Below are positions 1 to 11,541 of a stretch of 64,000 nt of DNA, piece after piece. The stretch is from Eledone cirrhosa. Lineage: Eukaryota. Positions within the stretch are counted from its first letter, which is position 1. Each line of letters begins with the position of its first letter. A model generated the notes under the pieces. That model did no database searches. It saw only the letters and a list, made by a program, of their open reading frames with translations, and had not been told where the DNA came from. The stretch covers positions 371,132,001 to 371,196,000 of the forward strand of contig OZ024742.1 in NCBI GenBank assembly GCA_964016885.1, written 5' to 3'. The position numbers were made by a program, and so were the translations under genes.

Positions 1-41
1 TTCGTTACCATGTTTCTAGTGAAATACAGTATTTCAGTTAC

Positions 42-236
42 TGTATATGCTCAAATATGACAACCCCACTATTTTAAGAAATGGGGCAAAAATATAAACC
101 TTGTTTACATAGAATTTGAAGTTGGTGAAAGTCGTCAAAATATTGACCCCGAATATAAGTCGACCCCTTCTGCCTTCGTTTTTTTTTTTTTTTTTTTTGT
201 CACGTACATAATCCTCGGTTTATATTCGAGCATATA
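42..236. mobile_element. Small degenerate MITE (Tc/mariner-like ends) nested in a piggyBac-like MITE remnant
   Basis: Imperfect inverted ends TATATGCTCAAATAT (~46-60) and ATATTCGAGCATATA (~222-236). The flanks (1-40, 237-485) resemble the MITE body seen at 28881-29147. Confidence 0.4.
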
Positions 237-576
237 AAATGATTAATGAAACATTTGGAGAGATTTACTAAAATTATAATTTCATTAAGATTATAAGTAA
301 CTCAAATTATGTTGGAATCTTTAAATTTAGATAGGAACCCCTTAAATGGATGATTATTACATTATTTCCTCATGCTTAACAAAAGATTCTTATACAAAAT
401 TGTTAGGTTATAATTTAAATAGGAGCCTTTTAAAATGTGTGGTTTTGTTTCATAGAATCAAGGTCAGGTTGGAAACAAGGGTTCATGTTTTTTCTTGTTC
501 CTCTACTTTCTGACTTTGTTAATGAAAGATTAGTGTGACCCACAGTCTAAACTGTATATTAAAGATGGATCTAGTT

Positions 577-738
577 CAGTGGTTCCTAAAGTGGCTTCCG
601 CAGAATCCAAATGTCAGGGGGTCCCTGAAAAATGTAGAGGAGTATATTTAAATTACGACTATATAACGGTGGGTTCCTTCAAAAGTTTCTGAAGCAAAAA
701 AAGGGAGGTCTGCGTTTGCATAAGTTTAGGAAAACCGT
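577..738. mobile_element. hAT/Charlie-like MITE remnant
   Basis: Starts CAGTGGTTCCTAAA and ends TTTAGGAAAACCG, an imperfect inverted pair similar to Charlie-type termini. Confidence 0.4.
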
Positions 739-1309
739 TCATGCCAGACTCCTATAAATATAAAGCCTTGTACTCGTGTAAGAAACAAATGTTTGTGTGT
801 GTGTATGAGAGTTCCACCGATAGATATATATATATATATACACATACATATATGTACACAGGTCGCTTGACCACGTCTTGACCAAACAAAATATAATATT
901 TTCACCAAAAACTGCCTTTAAACACATGTCAGATGGATTACAATATTCATTATTACAATTACTCTGACTGTTCCCTGACAACTAGTACCAGCTTCAACAT
1001 AGAATTATTTTAACGAAGTATATTTAATTTGACTTGATTTTCGCCAACAAACCACGTGTGGACATGGACGGGGAAAAAAGAAAAAAAACAAAACAAATCA
1101 CTACATCCCTTAGGGATCGCAGTAAGTACTCCACAAAACATATAAACAACAAAATACACACAGATTTATATACAGATATATACCATATGCATATACACAC
1201 ACGTGAAAAGAGATATTTTACCAATGTACGTAAGATTGGCCGGTATAGTGTCTCACACGAAATAGTGTGGTTTCTCTGAACATTGACTTCGCTTCTAACC
1301 CACATACAC

Positions 1310-1313
<4 letters not shown>

Positions 1314-1365
<52 letters not shown>
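1314..1365. repeat. (TA)n microsatellite
   Basis: About 25 uninterrupted TA units. Confidence 0.95.
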
Positions 1366-1366
<1 letters not shown>

Positions 1367-1660
1367 TAGCAGCTGAAAGTTAATAATCTGAAAAATATTA
1401 TTGAAAGTTTATTATAAAGCAGTATCAGGAAAAAAAACGTTATTTCGCTGTTAATAAACTGTTGCCTTCTACAGTACGTTTCATTTAACTTACGCAAGCA
1501 TATTTATTTGTTTACATGCACAGACTCTTCTGTACACACACAACATTTAGGAAAACGGAAACAAAATACACAAAAAAACAAAACAAAAAACAGACATTTT
1601 ATTTCTATCGTAATCAAGTGCGCTAAACCTATATTGTTTACATTCTGTGTTTTTCTACGG

Positions 1661-4600
1661 ATGGGTAGAAATAACAAAATTACCATGGTGATATCCATCG
1701 ATGAAGTATGCAACAAAACTGGTCGATGTTCCAAAATAGAACATTGCCCAGAAAACCACATCTGCCATATCTGTGCGGAACCTGAAAACTCGTTCCGTAA
1801 TCGCTGGGTCGAATGTGGAACCTGTCACATCTCTGTCTGCCTTCAATGCACCACAGGCTTCCGGAGGATCCCAGGCCCCAAAACGAGACATCATAATGCT
1901 ATGATGGATGGAATCTGGGAGATGGTCCAGCTAAAATCCTGGTCCTTTCAGTGCCTGGCCTGTGTGCCTGCCTCCACTAATGTTATTGAAAAACAACAAC
2001 AACAAAAACCAATGACTGTATCTTCCTCTACCATTGTTACTAAACAACTGCAAAAAACTATGACACTGGCTTCTACTGCTATTCCTGTGGGAGAACATCA
2101 GAAACAACAACCCATGTCTTCTTCTCCCACTTACATCTCGACACCAACAACCTGCGACTGTGTCTTCCCCTACCATTCCCGTGGAGGAACATCAGCAACA
2201 GCAGCAACAACCAGCGACTGTGTCTTCCCCTACCATTCCCGTGGAGGAACATCATCAACAGCAACAACCAGCAACTGTGTCTTCCCCTACCATTCCCGTG
2301 GAGGAACATCAGCAACAGCAGCAACAACCTGCAACTGTGTCTTCCCCTACCATTCCCGTGGAGGAACATCATCAACAGCAACAGCAGCAACAACCAGCAA
2401 CTGTGTCTTCCCCTACCATTCCCGTGGAGGAACATCATCAGCAGCAACAACCAGCGACTGTGTCTTCCCCTACCATTCCCGTGGAGGAACATCATCAGCA
2501 GCAACAACCAGCAACTGTGTCTTCCCCTACCATTCCCGTGGAGGAACATCATCAGCAGCAACAACCAGCAACTGTCTTCCCCTACCATTCCCGTGGAGGA
2601 ACATCATCAGCAGCAACAACCAGCAACTGTGTCTTCCCCTACCATTCCCGTGGAGGAACATCATCAACAGCAACAACCAGCAACTGTGTCTTCCCCTACC
2701 ATTCCCGTGGAGGAACATCATCAGCAGCAACAACCAGCAACTGTGTCTTCCCCTACCATTCCCGTGGAGGAACATCATCAACAGCAACAACCTGCAACTG
2801 TGTCTTCCCCTACCATTCCCGTGGAGGAACATCAACAGCAGCAACAACCAGCAACTGTGTCTTCCCCTACCATTCCCGTGGAGGAACATCATCAGCAGCA
2901 ACAACCAGCAACTGTCTTCCCCTACCATTCCCGTGGAGGAACATCATCAGCAGCAACAACCAGCAACTGTCTTCCCCTACCATTCCCGTGGAGGAACATC
3001 ATCAGCAGCAACAACCAGCAACTGTCTTCCCCTACCATTCCCGTGGAGGAACATCAGCAACAGCAGCAACAACCTGCAACTGTGTCTTCCCCTACCATTC
3101 CCGTGGAGGAACATCAGCAACAGCAGCAACAACCTGCAACTGTGTCTTCCCCTACCATTCCCGTGGAGGAACATCATCAACAGCAACAACCAGCAACTGT
3201 GTCTTCCCCTACCATTCCCGTGGAGGAACATCAGCAACAGCAGCAACAACCAGCAACTGTCTTCCCCTACCATTCCCGTGGAGGAACATCATCAACAGCA
3301 GCAACAACCAGCAACTGTGTCTTCCCCTACCATTCCCGTGGAGGAACATCAGCAACAGCAGCAACAACCAGCAACTGTGTCTTCCCCTACCATTCCCGTG
3401 GAGGAACATCATCAACAGCAACAGCAGCAACAACCAGCAACTGTGTCTTCCCCTACCATTCCCGTGGAGGAACATCATCAACAGCAACAGCAGCAACAAC
3501 CAGCAACTGTGTCTTCCCCTACCATTCCCGTGGAGGAACATCATCAACAGCAGCAACAACCTGCAACTGTGTCTTCCCCTACCATTCCCGTGGAGGAACA
3601 ACAGCAACAGCAGCAACTGTGTCTTCCCCTACCATTCCCGTGGAGGAACATCATCAACAGCAACAGCAGCAACAACCAGCAACTGTGTCTTCCCCTACCA
3701 TTCCCGTGGAGGAACATCATCAACAGCAACAGCAGCAACAACCAGCAACTGTGTCTTCCCCTACCATTCCCGTGGAGGAACATCATCAGCAGCAACAACC
3801 AGCAACTGTGTCTTCCCCTACCATTCCCGTGGAGGAACATCATCAGCAGCAACAACCTGCAACTGTGTCTTCCCCTACCATTCCCGTGGAGGAACATCAT
3901 CAACAGCAACAGCAGCAACAACCAGCAACTGTGTCTTCCCCTACCATTCCCGTGGAGGAACATCATCAGCAGCAACAACCAGCAACTGTGTCTTCCCCTA
4001 CCATTCCCGTGGAGGAACATCATCAGCAGCAACAACCTGCAACTGTGTCTTCCCCTACCATTCCCGTGGAGGAACATCATCAACAGCAGCAACAACCAGC
4101 AACTGTGTCTTCCCCTACCATTCCCGTGGAGGAACATCAGCAACAGCAGCAACAACCAGCAACTGTGTCTTCCCCTACCATTCCCGTGGAGGAACATCAT
4201 CAGCAGCAACAACCTGCAACTGTGTCTTCCCCTACCATTCCCGTGGAGGAACATCATCAACAGCAACAGCAGCAACAACCAGCAACTGTGTCTTCCCCTA
4301 CCATTCCCGTGGAGGAACATCATCAGCAGCAACAACCAGCAACTGTGTCTTCCCCTACCATTCCCGTGGAGGAACATCATCAGCAGCAACAACCTGCAAC
4401 TGTGTCTTCCCCTACCATTCCCGTGGAGGAACATCATCAACAGCAGCAACAACCAGCAACTGTGTCTTCCCCTACCATTCCCGTGGAGGAACATCAACAG
4501 CAGCAACAACCAGCAACTGTGTCTTCCCCTACCATTCCCGTGGAGGAACATCATCAGCAGCAACAACCAGCAACTGTGTCTTCCCCTACCATTCCCGTGG

Positions 4601-5451
4601 AGGAACATCATCAGCAGCAACAACCTGCAACTGTGTCTTCCCCTACCATTCCCGTGGAGGAACATCAGCAACAGCAGCAACAACCTGCAACTGTCTTCCC
4701 CTACCATTCCCGTGGAGGAACATCAGCAACAGCAGCAACAACCTGCAACTGTGTCTTCCCCTACCATTCCCGTGGAGGAACATCATCACCAACAACAACA
4801 GCAGCAACAACAATCGACCAGTACAGATTTTGCAGAATTGCAACTAATGATTTCTGCTTTAAGAAGGGAAGTAACAGGAATAAAGGCAAGCATTCGGGTA
4901 GGACCCCACAATGAGGGGTCTTATCGGAATGCCTTGCTAAAGAATCTCCCTGTACCTCTTGCCGTATCTGGCCACACTGAAAAGACTGCGGAATCTGCTA
5001 CCCATGAAGTGATTGCCATTGGGGTACCAGAGGACAAGGCTGATCTTCAGGCATTTGCTGCCAGCTCAGCCAAAGACCTAGGCTGTGTTCCCCCAAAGGG
5101 TGCTCTCCGCCTTGGTCGACATGGTCCAAAACCCAGACTCATCAGGCTGTCTTTTTCGGACCCCGCTGAGGCAACCTCATACCATCTAGCCTCTGTTAAA
5201 GCTGGGCGTGAAAATCGGATTACCTTCCGAACACGCTCAGGCCTACCACCCATGTACGTCCAAAGCTCCGTGCTGCAGCTTCCTTGAATCGGAACTCAGC
5301 ACAACATGAAAGTTTTAGTCTGCGTGATGATGGGCAGATCTGGAGGTTTGTCAAGGCTGGTGAAACGTGGAAGAGAGATACCAGCTGGTCTGAGTGTGCT
5401 CTACCCACAATAACTGGCAATGTAAAAACTGCTACAACTCTGGGAAACTAA
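1661..5451 (+). pseudogene. LINE ORF1: PHD finger, tandem repeat linker, coiled-coil and C-terminal domain
   Basis: ATG at 1661 (MGRNNK). PHD pattern CHIC..WVECGTC..VCLQC..FQCLAC at ~1760-1965. Coiled-coil-like ELQLMISALRREVTGIK follows the repeat. A frameshift near 5250 continues as HVRPKLRAAASL...TATTLGN* ending at 5451, a typical ORF1 end just before ORF2. Confidence 0.75.
2145..4810 (+). repeat. Coding minisatellite in ORF1, about 45 units of 55-66 bp (PATVSSPTIPVEEHHQQQQ frame)
   Basis: Unit CCAGCAACTGTGTCTTCCCCTACCATTCCCGTGGAGGAACATCAT followed by a variable CAG/CAA run. Confidence 0.97.
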
Positions 5452-8245
5452 ACCAGAACAACCTGCCACCCTCTACACACCATCATAAACTGCGAGCAGG
5501 GTACAAATTACTGTCCTTAAATGCTCGCAGTTTATGCAACAAGATACATCTGTTCAAATCCTACGTCAGAAGCATCGACCCTGACTTCATCAGTCACAGA
5601 AACATAGGCACATTCCTTACTCTGTGATGGGATTTTCAGCATTACTGGGTACAACCTTTTCCGCAAGGACCGCATTAATCGCCGTGGTGGCGGTGTGATG
5701 GTCTACGTTCGTTCAAACTTTTCGGTAATTCCTTGCGTTGATTTGAACAAATCACAGGAAGAAGTTTTTTTCTGTGACATACGTATGACCATGTCAACAC
5801 TTCTGCTTGGTGTTGTTTATCGCTCCCCAAACTACCATCAGGACACAACTTTGCGATATCCTCAGAGTTGCTGCCAAGAAAACAGCCACTTACGTGTTTA
5901 TTGCAGGTGACTTCAATCATCCTGAGATCGATTGGGAAACCTTTCGTTGGCCACAAGGTGCAAACGATTTCCTTGAACTAGTGCTGGACTCAAACTGGTC
6001 ACAAGTAGTCATCTCTCCAACAAAAGGTGACAACACTTTGGACCTGATCTTCACCACTACTCCTGAAGTGGTTATCAGTTGTACTACTGAGGAACCTCTA
6101 GGCGACTCTGATCATGCTATGAACATTGCCAATCTGGCACTTGAGGCCAGCAACAAAAACCAGAGCCATCTCCAATCTGCTTGCTTTGATTGGAAGAGGG
6201 CGGATTGGAACTTGTACTGCACTGAGCTACAGCGCCCAAACTGGCATGAGATGTATAACTCTGGAGATGTGAACACTATACTCCAGAGCATCCTGGACTC
6301 AATATGGATAGCGTGTGCAGCATTGGTGCCACGTAAGCGGAAAAATAACCACCCCAAAAGTGCAATTTGGGAAACTTCAGCAGTCCGACTTGCCAGGAAA
6401 GAACGTCGGAACGCTGAACGGGAATATAAACTGCATAAATCAGATGCCAACAGAAAAAAGCGGAATAAATCTTCTAACCATCTCAAGCAAGTGACAAAGA
6501 AGGCAGTGCTTGAATTTGAACAGTGCATAGCAGCCAATCCTGACAGTAAGGTGTTCTGGAAATATGTTCATTCAAAGCAGAGACCTCACTCTCCAGTTGG
6601 TCCTCTTCGCAATCCCCACAAGCCAGATCACTGACGATCCCAAAGAATGTGCAGAACTCATTGCTGAGTGTTATGCAAGTATTTTTACTGTTGAAAACCA
6701 GAATGTACCATCTCTAACATCAAATTCCATAACAACTATGGAATTTACACCTGCAATGTTGCGACGTCACCTTAAGAATAAGCGCAACTACGCCTCCCCT
6801 GGTCTTGGTGTGACATACCTGCTTCTCAAACGTGGCGGGTATTTCTTTTTGCGCCAGCTTTCTTTCTTCTTTGAATACTGTCTCAACAATGGTGCTACTC
6901 CGGAGCAGTGGAAAACTGCCAGTGTCATTCCCCTGTTCAAAAAGGGCAACCGCATGTCACCTGTCAACTATCGTCCAGTCAGTCTTACTAGCTGTATGGC
7001 CAAACTGATGGAATCCTGTGTCAGAGAAACACTTTGGAGCTCTCACAGCCTCATCTGGCCCTCACAGTTTGGATTTATCCCTAACTCCAGCTGCTGTGAT
7101 CAGCTTATCGAGTTCCTTGAAGACATTACCCGGATCACTGACAGCGGCTCATGGGTGGATGTTGTTTATCTTGACTTTGCTAAGGCTTTTAATTTTGTGC
7201 CACACAAAAGACTTATGGCAAAACTCTCTGCAATGGGTGTGAGGGATGATCTTTTCGACTGGTTGAAATCCTTCATTCTCAGCCGAAAAGAAGTAGTCAC
7301 GGTTCTAGGACAGCATTCTTCACCATATGAGATGTCATCTAGTGTACCACAGGGATCTGTTCTTGGTCCCCTTTTGTTTGTGGCATATATTAATGACATA
7401 GATGCCAACTTACAGAATGCCACGGTACTGAAATATGCAGATGACATCAAGCTGTACCTTGAAATCAAAAGGACTGATCCTGAAATTTACAACTCTTTCC
7501 TACAATCAGACCTGGACACAATGCAGCAATGGATCACAGACTGGCAACTGAAGCTGGCTGTGGACAAGTGTACCACCATGCATTTTGGAAGGAAAAATCC
7601 AGCGTCCACATACTCCCTCCACAACACTGATATCAAGAAGTCCTCTTGTGAACGTGACCTGGGCATTACTGTCAGCAGCGATTTGCGTTGGACAAAGCAT
7701 GTCTCTAAGATTGTCAAGAAGGCCGAGGGTGTCTTGGCATCACTCAGCAAGACCTTTGTTAGCCGCTCTCCAGCCATCTATTTAAAACTGTATACAGCTA
7801 TGGTACGACCACACTTGGAATTCGCATCATCAGTCTGGAACCCCTATCTTGCTCGGAACATTGACCTCCTGGAAACTGTTCAGAGACGTGCAACCAAGCG
7901 CATACCCTCCATCAGACACCTACCATACTCTGAACGCCTTGCTTCCCTGGGCATGGATTCATTGAAGCTCCGACGTCTGGAAATGGACTTGGTGAATACC
8001 CACAGTTATTAACCATCTTGCCAACAACAACCCTGAGCACCTTTTTGATCTCCCTGTGTCTAACACACGTGGACATGCCTACAAAATCAGAAAACAGCAC
8101 AGCTCCCATGACTTTCGTAGACATTTTTTCACGCTCAGAGTTGCTGAAGCATGGAACAAACTGCCTGCGTCAGTTGTTAGCTGCCGAGACACTGCATCAT
8201 TTAAGACATTCATGCTTCCCGAAATATGCCAAAACTACACCTGAT
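5450..8245 (+). pseudogene. LINE ORF2 (APE endonuclease + reverse transcriptase), several frameshifts
   Basis: Split over ORFs 5394-5627, 5695-5910, 5807-6634, 6564-8012 and 8056-8244, with endonuclease and RT motifs in colinear order. Confidence 0.92.
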
Positions 8246-8410
8246 GTACCCCTTCCATACACATGCACACATCTGTGTATCATGACTCGTGCACTGTTCA
8301 TTTTACTGATGTTTGTGCATTGCCCTATGTACTGTACATGCACTTTTTGATGAGTTGTGGTGCACCTGGGCACTGTACACAATATTTATTATTATTATTA
8401 TTATTATTAT

Positions 8411-8530
8411 ATCATGACTCATACACTGTTCATTTTCCTGACATTTGTACATTATTCTATGTACTATACATGAACCTTTGATGAGTTGTAGTGCACCTGA
8501 GCACTGTACACAATAATTTTATTATTATTA
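8411..8530 (+). mobile_element. Second, diverged copy of the CR1 3' terminus in tandem
   Basis: Repeats 8278-8410 (atcatgactc...gcactgtacacaat) and has its own (TTA)n tail. Confidence 0.8.
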
Positions 8531-8554
8531 TATATATATATATATATTTAAATT

Positions 8555-9018
8555 CTGACCTTGCACACTTACACCTCACCAAGACAATGTCAGTGGACTG
8601 AGATCTTTGGTGCTACGCAGTAATACAGAAGACCCACCTTGCCTATGTACAAAGCGAAACCTACAGTCAGTAGACATCTCCTAACCAAAAATACACCCCC
8701 ATCTCACTACCCCTACCACTATCCCCATCAACACCACCCCTTTCTCTGTAAAGTTATTTTGGTACCACAACATCCAGTCCTAAATAAATGAGATTGTGTA
8801 GCTGTCACAACAAAAAAAGCAGTCCACGCTGTAATGTGGCCGTGTAGGTAACACGGTAAAAAACCTCCCAGCCCCACACTGTAAATGTGGTTGGTGTTAG
8901 GAAGGGCAGACAGTCCTATACAAGCAAGACACCCAATCTTGCCTCAAGTGGGACAATTCCCGCCGTCTAAATCCATGCTAGCGTGGAAGATAGACGTTAA
9001 ACAATGATGATGATGATT
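8555..9018 (+). mobile_element. 3' end and 3' UTR of an RTE-family element
   Basis: Similar to the reverse complement of the RTE C-terminus and 3' UTR at 11542-12000 (cacacttacacctc..caagacaatgtc). Ends in (GAT)n. Confidence 0.7.
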
Positions 9019-9021
9019 ATA

Positions 9022-9299
9022 TATCGGTGGCACCCTCTCATGTCCGAGCACTGAGATCATCATCCTCCCTCTCCTAGTAGTGAACATGGCAGTGGAGGGC
9101 CAGTCTACTCCTGAAGAGTCGTGAGCAGGAGTCACTGGGGAGTGTTGGTGGTGGACATGATTGGGCGAGTGGAGCCTCCTTTGCAGCATGTTGCAGATCT
9201 TCTTTAGTCAATGGTTGGATTCGAAAGTCTCAGTTCCCTCTTGGATGGTCCTACACCAGGAAGGCCAATTTGCAGCAAGGGTTTCCCATATCTCAGGGT

Positions 9300-9302
<3 letters not shown>
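9022..9302 (-). mobile_element. 3' fragment of an RTE/BovB-like LINE
   Basis: Minus strand reads INPEIWETLAANWPSWCRTIQEGTETFE, then a frameshifted CDSC..RLALH..H zinc-finger-like end, resembling RTE/BovB C-termini. Confidence 0.55.
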
Positions 9303-9342
<40 letters not shown>

Positions 9343-9344
<2 letters not shown>

Positions 9345-9748
9345 CGTTTAATGTCCATTTTCCATGCCAGAATGTGTAGGACGGCTGGTCCTGTTGTGAG
9401 AGATCCAGGTTGAAGGAATGTGTTATGCTCACACAGAACTGATTTTGGCTGGTTTCTACGGCTGGATGCCCTTTCTAATGCCAAATATATCATCATCATC
9501 ACCGTTTTACGTCCGTTCTTCCACGCTAGCATGGGTTAGACGGGTTGTCCTGTTGTGGGCAGTGTCTGGTCGGCTGACCATGCCTTTCTCATACAGGAAC
9601 TGATTTGGCTTGATTTCTACAGCTGGATGCCCTTCCTAACACCAACCTCATTTACAGTGAGTGCTGGGTGCTTTTTCGTGGCGCCTACACGTCCACTTTA
9701 CAGTGTGGGCTGGGTGCTTTTTTGCCGTGGCACCTTCACGACCACCTA
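9343..9748 (-). mobile_element. Two adjacent short elements sharing the RTE 3' UTR
   Basis: Both carry the ggatgcccttcctaacaccaacc core. The second starts at a (TCA)n tail near 9490. Confidence 0.6.
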
Positions 9749-9989
9749 GTATTAAAAAGATCCGAGGCTATATGCTGTTGATGTAGGTTTATTTATATCT
9801 CTGTGATACATATTTCGCCACAGACTACAGCTAGTTTTCATTCTACCAATTCTGATAGACTGACCTCATCAGATGGCATAAAAACCTAAAAATATTAAAA
9901 ACTTCAAAAACTTTCTCAAAAAATGTTTTTCCTTTCATGATACAGGGGATGGCAGAATATGGTGTTGCTTCTATGCCAACCAGCCCCTG

Positions 9990-11060
9990 ATACATAGTCT
10001 GTCAAAAATGTTTCTGGATTTATTTTTTCCTATGAGAAATGTTGACAAATATGTGCCAAATGGAGTCGCATATATTCATGCACATGCATGGTTTTTGGCA
10101 AGCTTGCTGGATGTGTCAGTCACTGTCAAGTAGCTAGTGTGTGAGATTCTGTACATACTCATCGCATTGACATCTACACACTCATCGCATTGACATCTAC
10201 ACACTCATCGCATTGACATCTACACACTCATCGCATTGACATCTACACACTCATCGCATTGACATCTACACACTCATCGCATTGACATCTACACACTCAT
10301 CGCATTGACATCTACACACTCATCGCATTGACATCTACATACTCATCGCATTGACATCTACATACTCATCGCATTGACATCTACATACTCATCACATTTT
10401 CATTTCACCAACAAGGATCCTATATTCTTGACTATAGTGATAACTGGAAATGAGACAAGGGTATATGGTATACAGGTACAACTCAAAAGCCTAAACTTAG
10501 TCATCACAGTGGAAGGCCCCCAAAAGCAAGTCAGGTACATAGTAAAATGACTGTTTTCTTCAACTACTGTAGTGTTGTACACTATGAATGTGTACCAGAA
10601 GGACAGTTACAAAGGAGTACTGGCAGGAAGTCCTCTGTCTTTGTGATGTTTGGTGCAAGGGACTCGGTTTGTAAGCCTTACAAAACTAGCAACTACATCA
10701 TGACAGCATCCCAGCTCATTCATCACAGCTGATCCAAGGTTTTTTTGCCAAATAGAGGTATTTTGCTCATTTTCCAGGCTCCTTACTCTCCAAACATCAT
10801 TCCTTCTGATTTCTGGTTGTCCCCAAAAGTGAAGATACCACTGAATGGCTCCCACTTTGAGAACCAAGAGGACATCATATGAAATGCAACAGTATAACTG
10901 AGAGCCATTTCATAAGGATTCCTGTCATGCTTCAAACAGTGCAAGGTTTGCTGGAAAAAATGTGAGGAGACACAGGGGACATACTTCAAAGGAATTTAGC
11001 AAATCAACCCCTGCCAAGAATGTAAATTTTTTTTTTTTTTCATAACTCAATGTTGGATAC
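9990..11060 (+). mobile_element. Decayed mariner transposase remnant
   Basis: FLTIVITGNETRVYG at ~10426 resembles ITGDETWVY. QAPYSPNIIPSDFWLSPKVK at ~10775 resembles YSPDLAPSDF. The end WKKCEETQGTYFKG resembles C...GDYFE. Many stops. Confidence 0.75.
10153..10397. repeat. 23-bp tandem repeat, about 11 copies
   Basis: Unit ACTCATCGCATTGACATCTACAC, inside the mariner remnant. Confidence 0.95.
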
Positions 11061-11541
11061 CAAGCCAAAACTGCATGTACAAGCAGATCATGATAACATG
11101 ACTAGTCTAGCGTCAGCACGTGACAACCTGTCTAACCTATGCGAGCATGGAAAATAGACATTTAAAGAACGATGATAATATATAAAATGTATTCCCATTT
11201 CTCACAAGAATTTTCTGTTTTTGATTTTAAACATTGATATTTGAGAATCGTATTAACAATTGAATTGTCTTGTCCTGTTTGATGCAGTATCATTTCATTT
11301 ATGTCACTAATGTTAGGGAGAAAGGCATGAACATCATATACTCCCCCTGTTCCTTCTAAATCTAAGACATTGTAGTCCATATGAGAAATATTTAAGGCTC
11401 ATAGATGGAACTTGTCTGCATGTGTGTATACACATATAGTTTATACAAATACAAAGTATATATTATTTACTCATATATATATATATATATGAAATACTGT
11501 TGGCTTCTTGCTCACATCAATTTCTATATTTTCATATATAT

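Larger units (their letters stand above)
1366..8410 (+). mobile_element. Near-full-length CR1/L2-group non-LTR retrotransposon (ORF1 + APE-RT ORF2), frameshifted
   Basis: ORF1 has a PHD finger. ORF2 has APE motifs (SLNARSL, GDFN, LDLIFT, SDH) and RT motifs (YRPVSLTS, YLDFAKAF, PQGSVLGP, KYADD, ERDLG), plus the CR1-type C-terminus YTAMVRPHLEFASSVWNP and TRGHAYK. The 3' UTR ends in (TTA)n at 8387-8410. The 5' boundary is approximate. Confidence 0.9.

Noticed and set aside
1508-1660. Upstream non-ATG start of the 1259-aa ORF
   Set aside because: It is A-rich, 5'-UTR-like sequence. The first ATG at 1661 is the more plausible ORF1 start.
2079-4843. Minus-strand poly-Leu ORFs and the alternative plus-strand ORFs as separate genes
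   Set aside because: They are shadow frames of the CAG/CAA-rich ORF1 repeat.
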